DNA of 64,000 nucleotides from an uncultured Bacilli bacterium (GTDB lineage: Bacteria; Bacillota_I; Bacilli_A; RF39; UBA660). Shown here one piece after another: positions 57,126 through 64,000 of the stretch. Location: contig CANRCR010000001.1 in the NCBI GenBank assembly GCA_947629165.1, positions 191,297 through 255,296 on the forward strand, in the 5' to 3' direction. Under the pieces are notes generated by a model. It made no database searches, was not told the origin of the DNA, and saw only the letters and a program-made list of their open reading frames with translations. Each line of letters starts with the position of its first letter. The first letter of the stretch is position 1. Made by a program: the position numbers and the translations under genes.

Positions 57126-59591
57126 TTATAAAGTTGGTCCTCCGATTTCATCGGTTGCTTCTTGCGCAATTTCGTTTGTTACTTCATTCGTAAGTGCAGC
57201 CAATTCATCGTCACTTAAACTTTCAATCACGCTTGTAAGGCTTTCTTCTGAAACAGCTATTGGAGCAGCAGCATCTTCTACAGCAACGGCAACATTTTCT
57301 TCAGCGGTTGGAGCTGGTGCATCAACAACAGGAGCAGGCGCCTCAACAGCTGTTGGAGCAGCTTCAAATTCTCCTTCTTCAACGTGCGTGATTCCACCTT
57401 GGCTTAAACCTGTATCTGGTGTTTCTACCTGTTGATCTTGTTGCGGTGTTGTTTCCGTAGTAGGTGGTGTTTGTTGTGCCTCTTGTACTGGAGGTGCGAC
57501 ATTATTTACTTCTTGGCTATAATCGTAATTTCCATCTCCAGCTCCAAGTGTTTCTGGAGTCCATTTACTTCCTTCACCTGTTGGTGCTGATGGAGTTTGT
57601 TCAACTACCGTTTCACCGGTAACTGGATTCTTGTGTGTTTCGGTATCATGTGCTGGGACATCAGGATTTGTATAAACAGTATCACCTTTTTCAACTGATT
57701 CAACAGTTGTTCCACCTTTATCCTTTACATCGTCCCAATTCTCTGTAACATCGGTATAACCTTTTGCCTCGGCATCTTTTATAGCAGCTTGTTTATTTGC
57801 TTCTGTTTGAGCTTCGTATTGTGCATCAATGGCAGCTTTTTGATCAGGAGCAATCGCTGCTGCTTCAGCAGGCGATAACTGTCTAACAGTTTCTCTCGTC
57901 TCTGTACGATAAGTTGTTGTTGAACCAGATTGAGTGGTAGTTTTTCCACTTGTTTTATCTTGTCCACGATGTTCCATCGTTTTTCTTGCAATGATACCAT
58001 CTAAGATACTTGCACTTTCGTCATAACGTGAAACAATTCCATGATTATGAAGTTCATTAATTTTTTGATTCTCTTGATAGAACTTACTTGATTCATCTGC
58101 ATCAGTCTTAAATAATTCTTCTACTGCAGGATCTAGGAATACTTCGTCACAAGCAGGATCTCCTAATAATTCGTAAGTAAAACGTACTCCTTGATTCTTA
58201 AGATTATTGTAATAAGCTAATTGTTCTTGTGTTGGATTTTCAGGTAAAACATAAGATGTCCATCCATGTGCTTGTAATGTTTCTTCATCAAGTTTGCCCC
58301 ATTGAGAAGCCACTCCTAAGAATAGGCTATCAACGGCAAATTTTAAGTTTTTGTTTTCACGGTTGGCATCGAACATTTTTTCCATCGTTGCCCACATTTG
58401 ATCTTTCGTGCACTCTTTATCTAATAGGTTACTTAAGAATTCACGAACAACTGTTTTGTCTTCTTCGGTTTCAAAGAAGTTATCAAATACAGAAGCGAAT
58501 TGATCAAAATTGTTAGCATTTAAAAATTGCAATGCAGTCATCATTTTATGACGGAATGAATTTCTTAAATTAATTACCTCGGCTCTTGAACCAATTCCTA
58601 AATTTTTAAGATAATCTGCACTATGATTTACCCAAGCAAATCTTGCAGCGTCATATTCTTTACCAGAAATCTTCATTAATTCTCTTTGCTCTGGAGTTAA
58701 TTCTTCATCTTCGATTGAATCAATGATTTGATCATAAGTTTCAAGGCAAGTGCTTTTTGCCTCGAGGTATGCTTGTTCTTCTTCCGTTAATTCAGAAGAT
58801 GAAGCCTCGGCATTTTGATCATATTCTTCATAAATAGCTGCAGCATTTGCATTTTCCTTATTATTCTTTAAGTGTGAGCGAATAGCCATTCCACTTGCGG
58901 CTAAAGCAATACCAGCAAGGACTCCTGCTCCAACTTTTAATGCGGTATGATTCTTACTTCCTTCACGATTAACGTGTGTTTTTAATGGTACTGTTTCTGC
59001 TGTTTCTTCATCAACGGCTTCATCAGTATCTTCGTCCGTAGTTTCATCTGTACCTTCTGTACCATCATCAGCAGCATCTGCATCTGGTCCGTCGTTCGTA
59101 TTTTCATCGTCTAAATCTTCGTTTTCACCGTTTGTTGCTTCCGCAGCTGCAGCGGCAGCAGCAGGAACTGCTACCGTTACACCTGGTAAAATGTCTCTAC
59201 GTACGTCGAATGGAATTGTATCTTGATTGCTCTTTAATTCATACCATTCTTGGAATATTTTAGCAGAAGGAGAAGTTTTAGAAAACAATCCTGTCTTCCC
59301 TTTCATTATCTTGTCTATTTTTGCTTCTTCTTCTAATGTAGTTAGTTTAATACTTACTCCATTATCTTGAATTTTAGCAAGATCTTCTTGTGAATAATCA
59401 GCAATAACTTGATTAAATTGTTCCATCGAGTCTAATGCTGCTCTCGAACCATCGGCATATTCTACAACAATAGCTACATTGTTTTTCTTCGAACTCAATG
59501 CTTTTAATTTTGCATTAGCTGAAGAAGAATTTGTTAAACCACTGTTCGGAGTTGTAGCGATTTGGACTCTTACGATTTTCTTATTATCCAT
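57126..59591 (-). CDS. large acidic single-TM hypothetical protein with Thr/Pro/Ala-rich C-terminal region
   Basis: 821-aa ORF, AAGGAG RBS, Asp/Glu tract, one hydrophobic helix (VGAGVLAGIALAASG), terminator at 57090-57120. Confidence 0.85.
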   Translation of the reverse strand: MDNKKIVRVQIATTPNSGLTNSSSANAKLKALSSKKNNVAIVVEYADGSRAALDSMEQFNQVIADYSQEDLAKIQDNGVSIKLTTLEEEAKIDKIMKGKTGLFSKTSPSAKIFQEWYELKSNQDTIPFDVRRDILPGVTVAVPAAAAAAAEATNGENEDLDDENTNDGPDADAADDGTEGTDETTDEDTDEAVDEETAETVPLKTHVNREGSKNHTALKVGAGVLAGIALAASGMAIRSHLKNNKENANAAAIYEEYDQNAEASSSELTEEEQAYLEAKSTCLETYDQIIDSIEDEELTPEQRELMKISGKEYDAARFAWVNHSADYLKNLGIGSRAEVINLRNSFRHKMMTALQFLNANNFDQFASVFDNFFETEEDKTVVREFLSNLLDKECTKDQMWATMEKMFDANRENKNLKFAVDSLFLGVASQWGKLDEETLQAHGWTSYVLPENPTQEQLAYYNNLKNQGVRFTYELLGDPACDEVFLDPAVEELFKTDADESSKFYQENQKINELHNHGIVSRYDESASILDGIIARKTMEHRGQDKTSGKTTTQSGSTTTYRTETRETVRQLSPAEAAAIAPDQKAAIDAQYEAQTEANKQAAIKDAEAKGYTDVTENWDDVKDKGGTTVESVEKGDTVYTNPDVPAHDTETHKNPVTGETVVEQTPSAPTGEGSKWTPETLGAGDGNYDYSQEVNNVAPPVQEAQQTPPTTETTPQQDQQVETPDTGLSQGGITHVEEGEFEAAPTAVEAPAPVVDAPAPTAEENVAVAVEDAAAPIAVSEESLTSVIESLSDDELAALTNEVTNEIAQEATDEIGGPTL

Positions 59592-59594
59592 ATT

Positions 59595-61196
59595 TTATTG
59601 CTCCTTTACTCTTTTTACACCCGTATAAGTGTATCCTTGTGAAGTTAAGCCTGTATCATTTTGCGAAGATGACCATTTATAATCGGTGTATGCTTCTTTT
59701 ACTACTGTTCTTGTTCTATAACGATAGTATTTAACATCTGCATAAACATCTACTTTAGCAGTTACTGTTTCATAAGTATGCTCTAATCCATATAATGGAA
59801 TAGTTTGTGAAGATGTTTGACTACAGCTTAATACTCCACTTCCGGTACTTGTACTTGGTACACTTGTTGTCGTTCTTGTATATTTTCTCCAATTCATAAC
59901 AGTATGGTCGGTACAAGATGGTAAGCATGTCGATTGATCAACAGATTCATATCTCCATTGTGTATTAACACTATCGGCTGGTGCTACTGTACCACTATAA
60001 ACTTCATTTGTTTTTGTCCAACCTGAAGTTACTGCATAAGTTACGTTTTCATATTCTACATATTGGTATCCAGTACACATTACTTTTTCATAACTACCTA
60101 CTTGAACTGGTTTTGTTTTATGATAAGTAATCTTATAGTTTTTATAACCAATAAGTTCTTGACGTGTACCTAAATTTTCAAGTTGTGCTAATTCATAATT
60201 TCCGAATGGAATATTATCGGCATCAACATATACCGTATCTTTACTCCATGCAGTCCATGCTGAATATTGTTTACCAATGTTCTTTTTGTATTGATATTCA
60301 TATTCTTGAGTAGGTTGAACGGTTTCTGTTTTCTTCGTTACCGTAATACTACAAGATGCTGTCTTACCTTTCGAATCACGTACATAACCATAAACGGTTG
60401 TTTTTCCATTGTTAGTTACTACAAAAGTATTAGCACCCTTATAGTTAACGGCTCCACCTAATCCAAATCCAGTAATGGTTGCTCCATTGGTAGATCCTTT
60501 TGAAGCCCATCCAATTGAAACATTACCATTGTAAGTTCCATCACTATTTAATACTCCATCTGTAACTGTCAACGTACAATATGGTTGTGAATTTGTTGAC
60601 GGTGTTGGCGTATTCGTTGGTGTCGGTGAATTCGTTGGATTTGGCGATTTTGTTGGTTGTGGCGTATTGTTTGGTTTTGGATTAGCCGTTGGTCGTGGTT
60701 GATTTGTTTGGCTTGGTGTATTTGTCGACTTAGGCTCTTCCTGCTTTTCACAGACTTCTGTCGTACAATAAGCATAGCATCCAACGTGTACTAAAATGTA
60801 ATCTTCTTCATCATCACATTTCAAGTATACTTTTAATAGATACTCGTCTTCCAATTTTTCAATTGTGACATAAGAATTATCTATATCACAAGATTTACCA
60901 TTTTTGTCCGTAAATGGTAATAGTAATTTCAAATCTAACATTTCACGAAGGGTTACGGTCTTTTTATCTCCTACATTTGCAGGAAGTCTTTCTGCAGTAA
61001 AGTATAGAAGTGACGCATCCTTCATTTCTTGAATGTTCGCATTGAAAATACGATCTGTTAAAACACTATTGTTGGGCCATGGAATAAGCCATACTAATAG
61101 TAAAACAAAGATGATAATTAAAATAAGTTTTAGTAAGAAATCCCGAAATGGGAATTCTTTTCTTCTTGATCTTTCTTCGTAATCTTCTGAATACAT
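59595..61196 (-). CDS. N-terminally anchored surface protein with pilin-like head, Pro/Thr linker and Trp/Arg-motif domain
   Basis: TM near the N-terminus, Cys pair, (PT/PN)n linker, AWTAWS...YYRYRTR...YKWS. Confidence 0.85.
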   Translation of the reverse strand: MYSEDYEERSRRKEFPFRDFLLKLILIIIFVLLLVWLIPWPNNSVLTDRIFNANIQEMKDASLLYFTAERLPANVGDKKTVTLREMLDLKLLLPFTDKNGKSCDIDNSYVTIEKLEDEYLLKVYLKCDDEEDYILVHVGCYAYCTTEVCEKQEEPKSTNTPSQTNQPRPTANPKPNNTPQPTKSPNPTNSPTPTNTPTPSTNSQPYCTLTVTDGVLNSDGTYNGNVSIGWASKGSTNGATITGFGLGGAVNYKGANTFVVTNNGKTTVYGYVRDSKGKTASCSITVTKKTETVQPTQEYEYQYKKNIGKQYSAWTAWSKDTVYVDADNIPFGNYELAQLENLGTRQELIGYKNYKITYHKTKPVQVGSYEKVMCTGYQYVEYENVTYAVTSGWTKTNEVYSGTVAPADSVNTQWRYESVDQSTCLPSCTDHTVMNWRKYTRTTTSVPSTSTGSGVLSCSQTSSQTIPLYGLEHTYETVTAKVDVYADVKYYRYRTRTVVKEAYTDYKWSSSQNDTGLTSQGYTYTGVKRVKEQ

Positions 61197-61228
61197 ATTT
61201 TTCTCCCCCTCATCACATTACGACCGAT

Positions 61229-61257
61229 ATTATAGCATAATGCGTAAGTTTTGTCAA
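61229..61257 (-). promoter_or_regulatory. consensus sigma-A promoter
   Basis: TTGACA-17 nt-TATAAT with extended TG, driving 59595..61196 and probably 57126..59591. Confidence 0.8.
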
Positions 61258-61511
61258 TTATTTTTTTTAAGTTGCACCAATGTTTCGCCATCATTAAACA
61301 AATTGAGTTCATAGTGCTCCACTCGCTTATCTTTGGCAAGTACATCCTGTACCACTTTCTTTAGAATTCCTAAACCCTTTCCATGAATAATGACAATTCG
61401 TTCACTTTTCATTTTCACTTGATCGTCTAAAAATTCTTTTATTCTTATTCTAGCATAAGTTCGATCTTCTCCATGAAGATCTAACGTAGGTGCATGTTCA
61501 TAAAGAAGCAT
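61254..61511 (-). CDS. stand-alone Smr domain protein
   Basis: LDLHG, IIHGKG.GILK, NDGET motifs. Confidence 0.9.
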   Translation of the reverse strand: MLLYEHAPTLDLHGEDRTYARIRIKEFLDDQVKMKSERIVIIHGKGLGILKKVVQDVLAKDKRVEHYELNLFNDGETLVQLKKNN

Positions 61512-62406
61512 TTTCTTTTCCTCGAGTAAGAACCTCTTGTAAAGATGGAATTGAATTTGATCGCCCCAATCCAGTCGCGGCGATTGCTCCCGTTATATTG
61601 GCATAATACATTGTTTCTAGTAGCGAATAGCCTTCATTTATGAAGTAAGCAAATGCGCCATGATAGATATCTCCCGATCCCGTTGTATCGACCGCTTGGA
61701 CTTTTAAACTTGGAACTAGGTGGTATCCTGTTTCATCTTTGGTAAAACTACCATATTCTCCTAACGTAATTATAATTTCGTTATGAAAAGCCTCTTTTAA
61801 GTATTCATAACTTTTTTGAAGACTTTCCATATTGTTAGGATCAATCGTAATTTTACTGTATTCTTCTGCAAAATCTTGGGATGCTATGCAATATTTTACT
61901 TTGTCTGCCAACCGAACGATGTTTGGCTTAAGATTCCCTGCATCAAGAATACTTATGGCATTTGGAAATTGTTGCAGCGCTTTTAAAGTTAACGTAGGTT
62001 CTTCGCCATCGGCAATAATGATGTCCGGCGTTATCGAGAATTCTACATCTTTCACTTCCGTTATTTTATTGCGAGTTACAATAATTGTCCTGCTACCATT
62101 TTGCTGATTCGCTAAAATATAACTTGTTGTCGTATCAAATTCGTTACTCATTTGGAAATAATCTAAATGAATCCCTAAGTGAAGCAATTCTTCTTTAATT
62201 TTTTCACCATAGTAATCATTTCCTACGACACTTGCTAGATAAGTATCGTAATTCCAACGAGCTAGTAAGATTCCAGCATTTGTTGCGGCTCCTCCACTAC
62301 AGGAGACCGTCTTACCAATTCTTACCTTGCTATTTTCCTTTGGATAAGAAGCAACTGGCATGGTAACATCATAGGCAGTGTGCCCAATGCATAAGACTCT
62401 TCCCAT
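61498..62406 (-). CDS. PfkB family carbohydrate kinase
   Basis: GGAATNA, VGND.YG, ITLGEYG, DTTGSGDIYHGAF. Confidence 0.93.
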   Translation of the reverse strand: MGRVLCIGHTAYDVTMPVASYPKENSKVRIGKTVSCSGGAATNAGILLARWNYDTYLASVVGNDYYGEKIKEELLHLGIHLDYFQMSNEFDTTTSYILANQQNGSRTIIVTRNKITEVKDVEFSITPDIIIADGEEPTLTLKALQQFPNAISILDAGNLKPNIVRLADKVKYCIASQDFAEEYSKITIDPNNMESLQKSYEYLKEAFHNEIIITLGEYGSFTKDETGYHLVPSLKVQAVDTTGSGDIYHGAFAYFINEGYSLLETMYYANITGAIAATGLGRSNSIPSLQEVLTRGKENASL

Positions 62407-62492
62407 AAGTCATCACCTTATTTTAATTATACAAAAAAAGAACACTCAATGGAAGAGTATTCTTTCTTTTTTTACAAAAAATTGTCTTTTTT

Positions 62493-64000
62493 TTAGAAAT
62501 ACCATTCTGGTAGCCATCTTAAGAAATCCACAAATTCACTCGGAACCATTAAACCGGTAGCTACTGGATAGAACAAGATAAAGAAGATAATTACTACCAC
62601 CAAATAAATTGGAATACTTTTCTTAAAGTTTAATTTTTCTGTCAGATGTTTAAATAGTGCAACAATTGCTAACATAACAAATGGTAATACTGGGAAATAA
62701 TGATATAAGAACATTACTCTACCGATGGCCATATATGGTAACCACATACATAAGAAAGCTACTAAAATAAACCACATTTCTTTTTTGCGGGTCCGGAACG
62801 CTTCAATTAAAACATGAAGGAGTCCTAATATTCCAACCCACCAAATTGCTGGATTTCCGATTCCAACAATCGTCTCTTTCATGTTTCCAGCAAATTCTTG
62901 TACATAGTACCAAACTGGTTTTAACATAAGTGGCCAACTATACCACGGTGATGTAAATGGATGAGTCGCATTAAGTTGCGAATGATATTGGTAAACGGCT
63001 TCGTTTTCGATCATTAATTCGTTAAAGTTCGTGATAGCATAAGGTTCCACGCTCAAATATGGATACATAAAATAGATTCCGATATAAATGACGAGTGGAA
63101 GAAGTATAAAGAATACAAAGCAGCAAAGTACAATTACCGTCGTATCGACCGTCCAACGTTTTCCTTTTCCGCAATTCTTATAGATTAAATCTGCGAAGAA
63201 GATAATCGCTAACGCTAATCCTCCAAATAATCCTGTCCATTTTGTAGCAATGGCGCATCCGATAAAGAGACCTGAAAAGAAAAGTTTTCGTAATCGTTTA
63301 AAGAGTGAATCCTCTTTCGTCAAAGAAATATACTGATACATAAATAAGAATGAAAGTAAGATAAATAATACTAAAAAAGTATCAATGGTACCTAGTCTAC
63401 TTTGTGCTAAATGGAAGGTATCAAAAGCCATTAAAGCACCTGCTAAAATTGCATATTTCCGTTTCTTGAACATGTTTTTAGCTAATATATAGATAACTGG
63501 TATTAATAAAATTCCAGCAAGTACTCCCATTAAACGATAACTAAACGGACTCATTCCCATTAGAGCAATCGGAATCATTTGAATAACTTTTCCTAATGGC
63601 GGATGAACCCATTCGTATGCAGGCATATCATTGGCATATTCATAAGCTGTTCTCGCAAAGTAAATTTCATCGAAATACGTACTATTTTGATAACTGATTT
63701 GATCCGGAACTGTATCTAATTCATCCACGACACTTTCACTCGTATCATTCATTGCTACTAAGTTTAGTTTATAGCCATAGCGGTCGTACAATTGAATTTC
63801 ACCGATTTGGCTTCCATCGGTCTGTCCAATTAAACGCAAATATTTTAATTTGACATCCGTATCATAATCATCCCAAGCAAAGACGCTTTTTTGTTCTAGC
63901 GGATTGTCTAGAGGTATATAGTTTTCACCATCTTCGGAATATAATACTTGATAACTTCCTACTTCAGGCCCTGCAAAATGTCTTATTTTAAGAACATCCG
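62493..64000 (-). CDS. GT39/PMT-type lipid-phosphate-mannose protein O-mannosyltransferase, 5' end outside window
   Basis: YFDEIYFARTAYE, HPPLGK, ATKWTG, HPFTSPWYSWP, GNPAIWW, RVMFLYHYFP. The frame stays open to the window edge (SYQVLYSEDGENY, discoidin-like). Confidence 0.9.
   Translation of the reverse strand, partial: DVLKIRHFAGPEVGSYQVLYSEDGENYIPLDNPLEQKSVFAWDDYDTDVKLKYLRLIGQTDGSQIGEIQLYDRYGYKLNLVAMNDTSESVVDELDTVPDQISYQNSTYFDEIYFARTAYEYANDMPAYEWVHPPLGKVIQMIPIALMGMSPFSYRLMGVLAGILLIPVIYILAKNMFKKRKYAILAGALMAFDTFHLAQSRLGTIDTFLVLFILLSFLFMYQYISLTKEDSLFKRLRKLFFSGLFIGCAIATKWTGLFGGLALAIIFFADLIYKNCGKGKRWTVDTTVIVLCCFVFFILLPLVIYIGIYFMYPYLSVEPYAITNFNELMIENEAVYQYHSQLNATHPFTSPWYSWPLMLKPVWYYVQEFAGNMKETIVGIGNPAIWWVGILGLLHVLIEAFRTRKKEMWFILVAFLCMWLPYMAIGRVMFLYHYFPVLPFVMLAIVALFKHLTEKLNFKKSIPIYLVVVIIFFILFYPVATGLMVPSEFVDFLRWLPEWYF

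Noticed and set aside
60590-60735. Short-period TTGG repeats
   Set aside because: They encode the Pro/Thr/Asn linker of the surface protein and are not a DNA-level array.
1404-62560. Numerous short plus-strand and alternate-frame ORFs in the track (e.g. 6246..6545, 30461..30790, 31064..31426, 36858..37244, 42007..42390)
   Set aside because: They are antisense or off-frame shadows of well-supported genes and lack RBS or family motifs.
1-64000. CRISPR array, rRNA, transposase, integrase or prophage genes
   Set aside because: No regularly spaced repeats and no recognisable motifs for these elements were seen.

Overview
AT-rich chromosomal segment (roughly one-third GC by eye, genetic code 11) from a low-GC Bacillota. 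Gene order (ylbDEF-rsmD, sspI-pheST, recD2...alaS, tkt-sirA-yneF...parEC) points to a genome-reduced, probably spore-forming member of class Bacilli; an uncultured RF39-like gut lineage is my inference. Nearly all genes are on the minus strand. The housekeeping backbone comprises pheST, recD2, mtaB, holA, alaS, frr, tsf, rpsB, rplT-rpmI-infC, aspS-hisS, parCE, a phosphomannomutase, tkt, two tRNAs, three T-box riboswitches and an L20 leader. Orphan genes are interleaved. Most notable observations: (1) uS2 and bL20 carry near-identical C-terminal Rho_N-type domains; (2) a phytol/dolichol kinase-DUF92 fusion sits where uppS-cdsA normally follow frr, and pyrH is missing; (3) an NMP-kinase-like gene lies between the Ala T-box and alaS; (4) two helical-repeat paralogs and a distant orphan share an apparent C-terminal module, next to a degenerate GH10-PHP fusion; (5) a four-gene zinc-ribbon membrane cassette; (6) a GT39 O-mannosyltransferase near Thr/Pro-rich, pilin-like surface proteins; (7) a tRNA-adjacent nucleotide-enzyme islet; (8) strong TCGA enrichment in core genes. 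I saw no CRISPR array, rRNA, integrase or transposase. All family assignments come from motif recognition by eye, not from searches.
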